This document shows, piece after piece, positions 1-10,280 of a stretch of DNA of 64,000 nucleotides. Where the stretch lies: IMG/VR virus record IMGVR_UViG_3300020055_000004. One strand, written 5' to 3'. Under the pieces are notes generated by a model. That model had not been told where the DNA came from and made no database searches. It saw only the letters and a list, made by a program, of their open reading frames with translations. This DNA is from a virus. Within the stretch, counting starts at the first letter, position 1. Every line of letters begins with the position of its first letter. A program made the translations under genes and the position numbers.

Positions 1-666
1 CCTTTGCCTGACAATCTTAGTTTTGCATTTAATGTCAAATATCAAGAGCGTGATACTGGTATTATGGGAGATGTGATGAATTCTTCTGTTGCTCAAGCTG
101 CTATTAATGAATCTGCCAATAAGAAAGGTGCGGAAAGAATGAAATCTGCAGGCAGTGCACTCATTAATAGTTTATCTGAATTGACAGGCGATGATGCAAC
201 GTCGGCGGCTGGTCAAGTCGCGATGCGAGCAGGATTCGCTGCATTAGAAAGTGCAAATGATATAGCAGGAGGATTGGCTGGACAAATTGTTGGATCTATT
301 CCTAATCCACATCCAACGGTATTTTTTAAAGGCATGGAACTTCGACAATTCCAATGGTCATGGAAGTTTGTACCAAGAAGCGAGCAAGAAGCTAACGATT
401 TGACTCAGGCATTGACTATGATTAAGAGATTTATTTTGCCCGAGAAAGAAAATAATTTTCTTAAGTATCCAAAAATGGTTCAACCTATTATTGAGGGTGA
501 CAACGTTGCAATGTATGGTACATTTAAAAAGGCTTTAGTGAGTGCTTTTAGCGTTAATTATACAGGCGAAGGTCAATCTGCTTTCTTTGTAGATGGTCAA
601 CCAGTTTCAATTTTATGTAATATGACTTTCCAAGAAGTTGAAAATTACACATCAGGCGACGCATAA
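1..666 (+). CDS. gp48: Baseplate tail-tube cap, T4 gp48-like (5' end truncated by window)
   Basis: Frame is open from base 1. Motifs NPHPTVFFKGMELRQFQWSWKFVPRSEQEA and FQEVE are typical of the gp48/gp54 family; lies directly upstream of gp53. Confidence 0.8.
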   Translation, partial: PLPDNLSFAFNVKYQERDTGIMGDVMNSSVAQAAINESANKKGAERMKSAGSALINSLSELTGDDATSAAGQVAMRAGFAALESANDIAGGLAGQIVGSIPNPHPTVFFKGMELRQFQWSWKFVPRSEQEANDLTQALTMIKRFILPEKENNFLKYPKMVQPIIEGDNVAMYGTFKKALVSAFSVNYTGEGQSAFFVDGQPVSILCNMTFQEVENYTSGDA

Positions 667-1526
667 TGAAACATAATCAATATTTCAGAAAGTTTCCTCT
701 AATCAGCTATAATGGAATTCCATCAGTTGATATCTTAACACGCGTAGATTTTCAATCTACTGTTAGAAAATATTTTGATGCTTTTTTTCAATACACAATG
801 CAAGATGGCGAGAAGATAGAAGACATCTCATTTAATATGTACGGGGATGTTGATTTAGATTGGTTGTTATTGCATGCTAACGATATCATTGATCCCTATT
901 ACGACGTACCTCTTGATAATCAAACATTTGATAGTAATATTCGAAAAAAATATGGATCAATTGAAACAGCTTTAAGATCTGTATATGCGTATAGAAATAA
1001 TTGGAGAAGCGACGAAACAATATTATCTGTCGCAGCATATAATGCATTGCCAGGTGAAAGAAAAAAATACTGGCAACAGGCACAAGGTGCGTTAGGCATG
1101 ACTCTAGGTTATGAAAGAAGTAGAGAAGACTTTTTAACCTCTACAAATATAATCATTTCTCTTAGCTATGCTGATGGAGAAGAAGATGAATTCGAAGTAG
1201 GTTCATATGTATCTAGTGATACGGCTACCGCTCAGGTCGCAGGATCTTTAAATGGCATAGTAACGTTACAACATATCAATGGTGATTGGGACAGACAATC
1301 TGATTTTGTTGTTAATGCAGTGGATGGTTCAAAGTCAATAACTTTAAAAGCTAATTCATATAAAAAATTATATGACGTAATACCAGAAGTTGAGCAAATA
1401 TATTACTCACAATATAGTGTATATGATTATGAATTTGATATAAACGAAAGAAGAAGAGACATATATTTGGTGCAAGATGCATCAACGTCTATCCTTAATA
1501 AACAACTTACAGACTTATTGAAATAA
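666..1526 (+). CDS. gp53: Baseplate wedge protein gp53
   Basis: YFRKFP N-terminus, LysM-like DGEKIEDISFNMYGD..LDWLLLHANDIIDP, C-terminal YDYE..INERRRDI; TAATG overlap with the upstream gene. Confidence 0.85.
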   Translation: MKHNQYFRKFPLISYNGIPSVDILTRVDFQSTVRKYFDAFFQYTMQDGEKIEDISFNMYGDVDLDWLLLHANDIIDPYYDVPLDNQTFDSNIRKKYGSIETALRSVYAYRNNWRSDETILSVAAYNALPGERKKYWQQAQGALGMTLGYERSREDFLTSTNIIISLSYADGEEDEFEVGSYVSSDTATAQVAGSLNGIVTLQHINGDWDRQSDFVVNAVDGSKSITLKANSYKKLYDVIPEVEQIYYSQYSVYDYEFDINERRRDIYLVQDASTSILNKQLTDLLK

Positions 1527-1529
1527 ATC

Positions 1530-2813
1530 ATGGCTGATCCTTCTGAATTTGATGTATCTGATGTAATTATTCCGAATAAAGAGGTTATGCTTTATTCGTT
1601 TAATAAATCAAAAAAACTAAACATCTATCCACAGGTCACTGGGATCGATATTTTCGAATCCCTTGACAATTATACTATCACAGCAGAAATTTATATTGCT
1701 GATGGTATAGAACTAATGAATGAATTTCCACTAGGTGGAGAAGAAATAGTCGAAATTACTTTGCAAACACCTAATCGCGATTCACTTACGTATGAATTTT
1801 TTGTCGAAAGTATTCAGGGTTTGACTGTTAACACACAACAGAATTTACGTTCATACAGATTACGTTGTGTTACAAAAGATTTTCTTAAAAACTCGTTTAA
1901 AGTATTTACACGTAGATATAAAGATTTAAAATACGATGAAGCATTACAAGAACTATTAAATACGGATTTAGGTTCTGAAGTATCTCTTATGACAACAGAA
2001 AGTACAAAAGGAAAATTTGATTATGTTGTCAATAAAGTCAGACCCTTTCAAGTGATAGATATAATAAAAGAAAGAGCTGTATCAGCTGAAGGTAATAAGT
2101 CTTCGGCATTTGTTTTCTATCAAGACTCTAAAGGATATCATTTTCAAACAATTGAAAAACTAATAAAAGATAGAAAAGGTGGTGCTAGCCAAAAAGAATT
2201 CTTTTATGATACATCAAATAGAGCAGCAGAATATGATAAAGTAATTAATGCTAGAAATATGTTGGCTTATGAAATTATGAAACAAGGTTCTTCTATTACG
2301 AAAGTAAAAGATGGCGCAATGAGATGTCAATTTCGTGAATTTGATATTTTACGAGGAACATATTGGCCAGTACAAGAATATAATAATCCATCGGATCAAG
2401 CTTTGTTTGAAAAAACTGATGATTCGAATGATTTTAATAGCGCAGATTATAATTCATTTACTACTGAATTGCCAGCTGTTACAAGAATGATGGTAAAAGA
2501 TGGATTGCGTCCTGAAATGGAACATAATAAAAATGTACATTATCAGAGACCGTTTATACAACGTATGCAACAATATGGTGTAAGAGTAAAAGTATATGGT
2601 GATACTGGAATAAGGGTTGGTGATGTTATTAAATTAAATATACCAGATATATCAGGCACAACTACGACACCGAAACAAGCTCAAATTTTTAGTGAAAACT
2701 ATATCGTAGTAAATTTAAAACATCAACTTGAAAAAAGATCTAATTCTGATTTCGAGCATTTTTTAATAATGGAAGTGACGAAGCCAAATCAATACAGCAA
2801 GTCATTGGGGTAA
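1530..2813 (+). CDS. Baseplate hub protein (gp27/VgrG-N-like)
   Basis: IDIFESL...EFPLGGEE, FVFYQDSKGYHFQTIEKL, VYGDTGIRVGDVIKL and YIVVNLKH motifs; sits between gp53 and gp5. Confidence 0.65.
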   Translation: MADPSEFDVSDVIIPNKEVMLYSFNKSKKLNIYPQVTGIDIFESLDNYTITAEIYIADGIELMNEFPLGGEEIVEITLQTPNRDSLTYEFFVESIQGLTVNTQQNLRSYRLRCVTKDFLKNSFKVFTRRYKDLKYDEALQELLNTDLGSEVSLMTTESTKGKFDYVVNKVRPFQVIDIIKERAVSAEGNKSSAFVFYQDSKGYHFQTIEKLIKDRKGGASQKEFFYDTSNRAAEYDKVINARNMLAYEIMKQGSSITKVKDGAMRCQFREFDILRGTYWPVQEYNNPSDQALFEKTDDSNDFNSADYNSFTTELPAVTRMMVKDGLRPEMEHNKNVHYQRPFIQRMQQYGVRVKVYGDTGIRVGDVIKLNIPDISGTTTTPKQAQIFSENYIVVNLKHQLEKRSNSDFEHFLIMEVTKPNQYSKSLG

Positions 2814-2816
2814 ATT

Positions 2817-4508
2817 ATGTCATATTATTCTATGGGAGATTCTTTTAAATGGTTCATGGCTCGGGTCATCGATATTAAAGATCCCGAATCATTGGGCCGT
2901 GTAAAGATTCGAGTGATTCATGATCAAACTGGTGAACTAGGTAAAAAGACAAAAACATTTGGCATTTTAGATGACGATTTATTGTGGGCATATCCAATAT
3001 CTGCTATTCAATCTGCCAGTTTATCATGGAAAAAAGTAGTAGAGCTTGAAGAATATCCAGTGCCCGATTGGATTGATGCTGTTGGTTTATCTCCTACCGG
3101 TATAGCAGTTGGCTCGTATGCATTTGGTTTTTATTTAGATGGTCATGAAGGAAACATTCCACTCATCTTTGGTACGTATCATAAAATCTCTGCATATCCT
3201 GAACCACCTACAGATCCACAAACTGGTGAGATGCTGCAAATCAAACCACCGGAAGAAGATAAACCATATTATGATGTTGCTGCTTTAGCTAAAGGATTCT
3301 TATTCGATCCTGAAGCTGAGGAAACGCGGCCTGGTCAAACATTACCAAAAGAACCATATTCTATAAGCTCGTTATGGAAAGAGAACGAGACCGATCTGGC
3401 ACCGGTTGATGAGTTTGTAACAGCATATAATGCAGAATATCCATATAATTTGACTTATACAACAAAAGCCGGACATGCCATTGAATTGGATGATACCATT
3501 GGTGCAGAAAGAATTCATATCTGGCATAAATCAGGTAGCTATGAAGAAATATCATCGGGTACTAATCCAACAATCGATGATGATGATTCTAAGGAATGGC
3601 CACTCGATGGCCCAGTAGGATATAGCTATAAAACGGCAGGCGGTGTAGATGAGAATGAATATGATGGTCGACGTAATCGAAAGACAATGGATTCATTTTT
3701 TGATACAGTAATTAAAGATAAGAACGAACTTACTTTACGTGATCATAATACCGAGGTTGCTAATACCGAATCAATAAAAATTGGCAACACACAATTTGTA
3801 ACTATAGGTCATAAAGTATGGCCAGGCAATCGTATTAATGATAATGGCGAGACTGATTATGAGGGCGGTGGTCTTGCTGAATTAAATTCATATTTTGATG
3901 TAGCTAATAATACATCAGTCACAACTGGTAATAATTATCTTTTGCAAGTAGGATATGTTCCTGATGCAGAACGTAGATTCAGAGATACAGGTGATCCTAT
4001 CGATGAATTTAATTATCTGGTTGATGTGGCAAATAATGTTGAATGGACATCGGGTAATAATTTTAATCTCGCTATAGGATATGGACATAAAGGTGAAAGA
4101 GACTTATTAAAAGAAGATGAATTTAATCTGATTATTGATACTGCTAATAATTCAGTATATACATCTGCAAACAATTCTCAAAGATGGGTTGGATATGGTA
4201 AAAGCTCGCGAGTACAATTAGGAGAATTTGAAGATAGAACAGATGTTGCAAATAATCAGTATTTAAACGTAGGTAATAATCAAATAATTACAATTGCCAA
4301 TAATCAGAATGTTTCTGTTGGTGCAAATTGTGTGGTAGCTATAGCTGATAACTGTACAGTGACTATTGGTCAAAATTGTAGTATTACTGTTGGAGGCAAT
4401 GCTACGATTTCAGTGTCTGGTACTATGGATATGAATTCAGGTGGTGCTATGAATATTAGTAGTGGAGCATCTATAACGATGTCCGCACCAACGATTGATA
4501 TCAACTAA
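2817..4508 (+). CDS. gp5: Baseplate central spike gp5 (OB-fold and beta-helix, no lysozyme domain evident)
   Basis: N-terminal OB-fold WFMARVIDIKDPESLGRVKIR, YPYNLTYTTKAGHAIELDDT..AERIHIWHKSG, C-terminal 8-aa beta-helix repeats ending APTIDIN; followed by PAAR. Confidence 0.85.
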   Translation: MSYYSMGDSFKWFMARVIDIKDPESLGRVKIRVIHDQTGELGKKTKTFGILDDDLLWAYPISAIQSASLSWKKVVELEEYPVPDWIDAVGLSPTGIAVGSYAFGFYLDGHEGNIPLIFGTYHKISAYPEPPTDPQTGEMLQIKPPEEDKPYYDVAALAKGFLFDPEAEETRPGQTLPKEPYSISSLWKENETDLAPVDEFVTAYNAEYPYNLTYTTKAGHAIELDDTIGAERIHIWHKSGSYEEISSGTNPTIDDDDSKEWPLDGPVGYSYKTAGGVDENEYDGRRNRKTMDSFFDTVIKDKNELTLRDHNTEVANTESIKIGNTQFVTIGHKVWPGNRINDNGETDYEGGGLAELNSYFDVANNTSVTTGNNYLLQVGYVPDAERRFRDTGDPIDEFNYLVDVANNVEWTSGNNFNLAIGYGHKGERDLLKEDEFNLIIDTANNSVYTSANNSQRWVGYGKSSRVQLGEFEDRTDVANNQYLNVGNNQIITIANNQNVSVGANCVVAIADNCTVTIGQNCSITVGGNATISVSGTMDMNSGGAMNISSGASITMSAPTIDIN

Positions 4509-4795
4509 TGCCAGCTGCAGCAAGAAAAGATGATGCGATCGCATGTGGTTCTAAGATCAATGCGGGTTCTGGTAACGTTAATATAAATGGTAAAGCTGCA
4601 GCCAGAAAAGGTGATGCATGTGTTGAACCGGGTTTTTCTGACCATGTTATAGATGAGGGATCAGGCACAGTAAACATTAATGGTAAAAAAGCAGCGCGTG
4701 TCGGTGATAAGGTTACGACTCATACGAAGTCTCCACCTGAACACGTTACACCAGCAATTAGTGCTGGTTCTGGTAATGTAAATATAGGCGGATAA
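4508..4795 (+). CDS. PAAR-repeat spike tip protein (T4 gp5.4-like)
   Basis: Three PAAR-type motifs (PAAAR, KAAAR, KKAAR) and GSGNVNING repeats; immediately follows gp5. Confidence 0.9.
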   Translation: MPAAARKDDAIACGSKINAGSGNVNINGKAAARKGDACVEPGFSDHVIDEGSGTVNINGKKAARVGDKVTTHTKSPPEHVTPAISAGSGNVNIGG

Positions 4796-4821
4796 ATAAG
4801 AAAAATAAGTAGGACACTTAT

Positions 4822-5256
4822 ATGGGCGTCAGAGTAGCAAAACAAAATGAAGAGTATAAATTATCAGGTCGGGTAGATGATATCTATTCCGATTTTAATC
4901 ATACTTTTCGAGCACACCCAAACACTGGTCAAATCGTAAGAAAAACGAATGTTGATGCAGTGAAATTGGCTTTGCGCAATTTGATTTTGACTAATAAATA
5001 TGAGAGACTACGCAATCCTCGTTATGGTGGAAATATACGACGATATCTGTTTGAAACAATTGAACCGCGTATTGAATCAGAGATTGCGCAAGAAATTGAA
5101 TATATGGTTCGAAATTATGAACCACGAGTTCAGTTAGTAGAGACAAAAGTAAAAGCATCGGAAGAAGATCAAGCTGTTTACGTAAGATTAATATTTTATA
5201 CAGTAAGCGCTAAAGATCAACAAGAAATTGATTTAGTATTGTATAAGGTAAGATAA
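4822..5256 (+). CDS. gp25: Baseplate wedge / sheath initiator gp25
   Basis: YSDF...HP, AVKLALRNLILTNKYER...PRYGGNI..YLFE, NYEPRV. Confidence 0.9.
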   Translation: MGVRVAKQNEEYKLSGRVDDIYSDFNHTFRAHPNTGQIVRKTNVDAVKLALRNLILTNKYERLRNPRYGGNIRRYLFETIEPRIESEIAQEIEYMVRNYEPRVQLVETKVKASEEDQAVYVRLIFYTVSAKDQQEIDLVLYKVR

Positions 5257-5399
5257 TGGCAAAAACAAAAGCGGGCTTCGGTGTAGCCGTACATGAAAGA
5301 ACACCAAAAAGCACTTCTATTGGTAGAGGTAAAATCAAAATGTCGTCCATGAATAAAAAGAAGAAAGCGTCTTATAAAAAATATAGAGGACAAGGCTAA
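5256..5399 (+). CDS. Small basic protein, 47 aa (MAKTKAGFGVAVHERTPKSTSIGRGKIKMSSMNKKKKASYKKYRGQG), absent from ORF track
   Basis: Translated by hand. TAATG overlaps with both the gp25 stop (5254-5258) and the gp6 start (5397-5401), filling the gap exactly. Confidence 0.85.
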   Translation: MAKTKAGFGVAVHERTPKSTSIGRGKIKMSSMNKKKKASYKKYRGQG

Positions 5400-7198
5400 T
5401 GGCCACTAGTAACGATCTAACATCATTAGATTTCGATTCGATCAAGGAAAACTTGAAGACTTATATGAAGTCTCAAGATATTTTTCAAGATTATGATTTC
5501 GATGGATCTAATCTTAATGTGCTGCTCGATGTGTTATCATATAATACGTATTTAAACGCTTTCTATTTAAATATGATTAGTAACGAAATGTTTCTCGATA
5601 CAGCATTATTGAAAGACTCTATTATTTCGCATGTAAAAGAATTGAATTATATCCCTCGATCATTTCGATCTGCCGTTGCCGAAGTTAATATTACATTAGT
5701 CGATTCATCTGATGATGCTACTATTCTTTTACCTCGAGGTACTACATTTACCGGCACATCAGGTAATCGAAATTTTACTTTTACTTTAGCAGAAAATGTA
5801 CAAGCTATTAGTACTAATGTAAATAATGAATTCGTCGCTTCTAATGTAATTATTCATGAAGGAGATTATGTAAGTGATTCATATGTTTCGAATGACTTAA
5901 GTCCAGTCAGATATGTAATTAAAAATAAAACCGTTGATACTAATAGTATTCGCGTAACTGTAATTGAAGATAATGGTGCTGTTGTAATTAATTATACTAT
6001 TAGAGATAGTCTTTTTGGTATTGATTCGACAGATACGGTATTTTTCTTACAAGCTATGGAAAACGATACTTATGAAATTTTATTTGGGGATGGTGTAATT
6101 GGCCGGCCGCCTAAAAACAATTCAATTGTTTTAATTGAATATCGAACATCTAATGGTGAATTGCCAAATGGTATTGCAACATTTGTAGCAGATGACGATA
6201 TTGGAACGGCTACAGTTACTAAAATCGAAACATTATCAAAGGCATCAGGTGGTTCAATTCCGGAATCACTGTCATCAATTAAATTTAATGCGCCGCGCGC
6301 CTTTACAACTCAAGAACGTGTAGTAACGGCGGGTGATTATTCAACATTATTAAAAGCAAATTTTTCAGAAATAAATGATGTACTCGCCTATGGTGGAGAA
6401 GAATTTACACCACCACAGTTTGGTAAAGTTATTGTAGCAGTAGATTTAAATAATACAGATGAATTACCACAAACTTTTAAAGATAAGTATTATGATTTCA
6501 TTAAACCTAGAAGTCCTCTATCTATCGATCCAATATTTGTAAAACCTGAATACACATATGTGAGTGTAAAAACAAACGTTAAATATGATATTGGTCAAAC
6601 ATCTTTGAATGTTGACGATATTCGCAGTCTTACTATTTCTGCTGTACAACAGTATAATGATGAATTTTTAAATGGCTTTGGTAAAACATTACGTTTTAGT
6701 AAATTAACTGCTGCTATCGATGATGTACAACCTGCCATTATTAGTAATGATACAACAGTTGTTGCTACTAAGTTTATTCCATATGATGAGAATAGACAAA
6801 ACTATACGTTAGATTTTTCTATGCAAATTGAAGATAATCGTGGACAGAAACGAGGTAGGCATGCTTCAAAACAATTGTCAGCTGTTTATAGTTCAGCATT
6901 CCAATTCCAAGGCGATGAGTCTTTCATAGAAGATGATGGTGAAGGCAATTTGTGGGTTGTAAGAAACGTAACAGATAATGATGATATTATTGAACATGAA
7001 CAAGTCGCTAAAATTGGTTCTGTAGATTATACTCAAGGTTTAATTATTATTGAAAACTTTGCTTCATCACAAGTATATGGTGGTAATTTAAAGATTTCAG
7101 TTATACCAAAAGATAGCGATATCGAAGCACAGAAGAGATCTATTCTTCGTGTTCTCGACGAAGATATTGTAGTTAACGTGCAACAGGTTCGAATCTAA
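5399..7198 (+). CDS. gp6: Baseplate wedge protein gp6
   Basis: LDFDSIKENLK..F.DYDFDGSNLNVLLDVLSYNT, YEILFGDGVIG, ESLSSIKFNAP..FTTQERVVTAGDY. Confidence 0.93.
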   Translation: MATSNDLTSLDFDSIKENLKTYMKSQDIFQDYDFDGSNLNVLLDVLSYNTYLNAFYLNMISNEMFLDTALLKDSIISHVKELNYIPRSFRSAVAEVNITLVDSSDDATILLPRGTTFTGTSGNRNFTFTLAENVQAISTNVNNEFVASNVIIHEGDYVSDSYVSNDLSPVRYVIKNKTVDTNSIRVTVIEDNGAVVINYTIRDSLFGIDSTDTVFFLQAMENDTYEILFGDGVIGRPPKNNSIVLIEYRTSNGELPNGIATFVADDDIGTATVTKIETLSKASGGSIPESLSSIKFNAPRAFTTQERVVTAGDYSTLLKANFSEINDVLAYGGEEFTPPQFGKVIVAVDLNNTDELPQTFKDKYYDFIKPRSPLSIDPIFVKPEYTYVSVKTNVKYDIGQTSLNVDDIRSLTISAVQQYNDEFLNGFGKTLRFSKLTAAIDDVQPAIISNDTTVVATKFIPYDENRQNYTLDFSMQIEDNRGQKRGRHASKQLSAVYSSAFQFQGDESFIEDDGEGNLWVVRNVTDNDDIIEHEQVAKIGSVDYTQGLIIIENFASSQVYGGNLKISVIPKDSDIEAQKRSILRVLDEDIVVNVQQVRI

Positions 7199-10100
7199 TG
7201 GCTATAGATTTTACAAAAAATATAAGCAATCTTGTCGCTGATCAATTTCCTGCGTTTTATCAGGAAGAAGGCGAAATGTTTATTGCTTTTGTAAAAGCAT
7301 ATTATGAATGGATGGAAACTGAAGGTCAGGTTCTGTATGGTGCACGAAGATTATCAGAATTTAGAGACATCGATAAAACTGTCGATGATTTTATTCTACG
7401 ATTTAAAAACAAATATCTAGCAAACATTCAATTTAACGTTGCAACTAACAAGCAGTTATTCATCAAAAATGCTTTGGAATTTTATCGAGCCAAGGGTTCT
7501 GAGCGCGCCGTTGATTTATTCTTCAAACTCGTATATGGATTAGAAGCACGAGTTTATTATCCCGGTGATGATCTATTTAAATTATCTGATAACACTTGGC
7601 AGAATGAACGCTATCTTGAAGTCATTCCAAATAGAGATAACTTAAATTTTGTAGGACAGCAAGTATTTGGAGCAATCTCCGGTGCGACGGCTTTTGTAGA
7701 AAGATTAGTGCGAGTAAAAAAAGGCTCGCAAATGATAGAAGTTTTATATCTATCTGGTTTAAATGGAGATTTTCAAACAGCAGAAAATGTTATCACTCGA
7801 AATTTAGGTGATAATAATGTAACAGCTCGAATAAATGGCTCACTTACAAGCTTTGAGATTTTAACTTCTAGTGGCGGATTTGATGTAGGTGAACAGGTAT
7901 ATGTTGTAGATGGTCGAGGAAAGAAAGCAAGAGCCTTCGTAAAACAAACCACTGACTATGTAGGTATCGTAGAATTTAAACTTATCGACGGTGGTTGGGG
8001 ATATTCTAACGAAGCACAAATTATTGGTTCAGAAAGATCATTCAGATTTGATAATATAACATTTGAAGACACAGATTATTTTTATCATACAGATTTAGAA
8101 AGACAATTTCAATTAGTTACACAAGACTTGGCTCTTATCGACTTAGATCCAAATTCTGTTAATACTGAAACAGCATTCCAATTGAGTATTGGTACAAAAA
8201 TATATGCATATGAGAATAATGATCCATCAACCTATCCAACACCTTTATTTGAAGCAAAAATTGTAGAAAAAAACTCTACTTCTAATACAATGGTAATTAA
8301 TTATATTGAAGCAGATTATATCGATGCGAATGGTGATATTATTTTAGATTCGAATAATAATATTGAATTATTCGGTAATACTGTCACAGAATTCTATACA
8401 TCGACAGATTCAGCTGGTACAGGCGGTGCAAACACAGATCTGACAATAAACATTGATAGTAATGCGGCTGCTATCACAGATGTAAAAGCACAAGCAAATA
8501 TTATTGCATGGGGTGATACTTTTACAATTGAATATACTGGCGGAAATTTAAATGCTGGTGATGTATTATATCAACACGAAGATATAGCAGAACAAAGATA
8601 TAGTTATTATAGTGTAGCAAATACATACGCAATTGTTGATGACGGAAGTCAAAAACAATATGCTAATGTAAAACGCAGTGTAGGTTTTCCGCGAACTAAT
8701 AGAATATCATATCGCGAAACTGATGGGCTTGAAATTAGTATTGTTGATATTTCAAATGTAGAAGCCGGTGCTATTAGTTTTGGTAATGACTTAGTTAATC
8801 AGACTCCATTTAAAGATTTTGCAAATACATACAGTTCGAACACTGGTTTTCATTCTGCAAAAAACGATAGCTTTACATATACTCAGGCGGCCATATTTCA
8901 AATAGATGAAAGATCTGAATTGCAAGGTTTAACACAATGGGCATCTGGCGAAGTCATTAATACCGAAGCAAATCAAATTATTCATGGTGGTTCAGCATCG
9001 GCTAATTTGACAGTCGCAATCGATTATGTCAATGAAAATGGACTAGGCAGTGTTGACTTTGCTAATACTACACTTGCAGATGCTTTGTCGATTGATACCA
9101 ATTTACAAAAAGAATACGGTTCAATACAGGCGATTGTAACCACGGCACAAGGTCGAGAATACTCACGTGACCCATTCTTTATTGTATATGAACCTGATTT
9201 TTATCATTGGGACCGATATGATTTTTATATCAAATATAAGTTAGAACCACAAGTAAAAGCTTTTCGAATCGGTGAAAATATTGTTACACTAAACGGAAAT
9301 CCAGAAGCAAAAGCTCGTATATACGAACATAACCCAACAACCGGTGAAATTAAAGCCCGTCGAATTAAAGTATCTGATTATGATGATGTTAGAAATATTA
9401 GTTTGATTACCGGTAATAGTGGTAGTGGTACTGTTACAGTAACTGTTACTGCTAAACATACTATAGAAGATGGTGATGTAGTTTCGATTACAAATACAAC
9501 CAATTTTAATGTTGCTGATGTGGTAGCTACGAAGATAGATGAGTTTACATTCGAATATGCAGCAACCATTGTAGCTGCAGATGAAACAACTGGTAACATA
9601 ACTGGTAATATTGAAGATCACGTTTGGTTAAGTGATGACTTTAGAATTGGTGATACAATTACTGGTGAACAATCAGACGTCTCAGCTGATATTGAAGTTG
9701 TAGATGAAATGCGAATGCAACCTCGCACGGGTTTAAATGCAGACGTCGACGCTAGAGCATTTAGTGGTAGTGGTTTTGCGACTGAGATCGAAGTATTAGA
9801 TTCTGGTTTTGGTTACTTTGGTAAAAGATATGCTGCAGGCGTATTAACAGAACAAGCTAATAGACCTGCGATTCCTGGCGAAACTTTAAATTTAAAATCG
9901 GCTGTTGACGAAGATAGAACTATTCAAGCTTATGGTTTCCTTGGTAAACAAGGTGTAGCTCCGGGTGTACATCCAAATCGAAAATCATTTTTAAGTGAAG
10001 ACAAATATCTAGCTGATAATGATTTCTATCAAGAATATTCTTATCAGGTATTAACAGCCTTGCCGTTCGATAAATATAAACAAACGTTGATCGATGTGTT

Positions 10101-10254
10101 ACATGTTGCCGGCACAAAACCATTTGGTGGTTATGTAGGAACATCTATATCAAATTTAAATATTCAGACGTCGACTTCGATGGCTCAATATACAATTAAG
10201 CAATTCCCGATGTTTGTTAATGATCAGTCCTTCTTTACACATACGGCGACATAA
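7198..10254 (+). CDS. gp7: Baseplate wedge initiator gp7-like
   Basis: QFPAFYQE...FIAFVKAYYEWME, FYRAKGSERAVDLFFKLVYG, C-terminal DNDFYQEYSY...LHVAGTKPFG; lies between gp6 and gp8. Confidence 0.8.
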   Translation: MAIDFTKNISNLVADQFPAFYQEEGEMFIAFVKAYYEWMETEGQVLYGARRLSEFRDIDKTVDDFILRFKNKYLANIQFNVATNKQLFIKNALEFYRAKGSERAVDLFFKLVYGLEARVYYPGDDLFKLSDNTWQNERYLEVIPNRDNLNFVGQQVFGAISGATAFVERLVRVKKGSQMIEVLYLSGLNGDFQTAENVITRNLGDNNVTARINGSLTSFEILTSSGGFDVGEQVYVVDGRGKKARAFVKQTTDYVGIVEFKLIDGGWGYSNEAQIIGSERSFRFDNITFEDTDYFYHTDLERQFQLVTQDLALIDLDPNSVNTETAFQLSIGTKIYAYENNDPSTYPTPLFEAKIVEKNSTSNTMVINYIEADYIDANGDIILDSNNNIELFGNTVTEFYTSTDSAGTGGANTDLTINIDSNAAAITDVKAQANIIAWGDTFTIEYTGGNLNAGDVLYQHEDIAEQRYSYYSVANTYAIVDDGSQKQYANVKRSVGFPRTNRISYRETDGLEISIVDISNVEAGAISFGNDLVNQTPFKDFANTYSSNTGFHSAKNDSFTYTQAAIFQIDERSELQGLTQWASGEVINTEANQIIHGGSASANLTVAIDYVNENGLGSVDFANTTLADALSIDTNLQKEYGSIQAIVTTAQGREYSRDPFFIVYEPDFYHWDRYDFYIKYKLEPQVKAFRIGENIVTLNGNPEAKARIYEHNPTTGEIKARRIKVSDYDDVRNISLITGNSGSGTVTVTVTAKHTIEDGDVVSITNTTNFNVADVVATKIDEFTFEYAATIVAADETTGNITGNIEDHVWLSDDFRIGDTITGEQSDVSADIEVVDEMRMQPRTGLNADVDARAFSGSGFATEIEVLDSGFGYFGKRYAAGVLTEQANRPAIPGETLNLKSAVDEDRTIQAYGFLGKQGVAPGVHPNRKSFLSEDKYLADNDFYQEYSYQVLTALPFDKYKQTLIDVLHVAGTKPFGGYVGTSISNLNIQTSTSMAQYTIKQFPMFVNDQSFFTHTAT

Positions 10255-10280
10255 ATATAAATTTAGGATTAAAATAAGTC

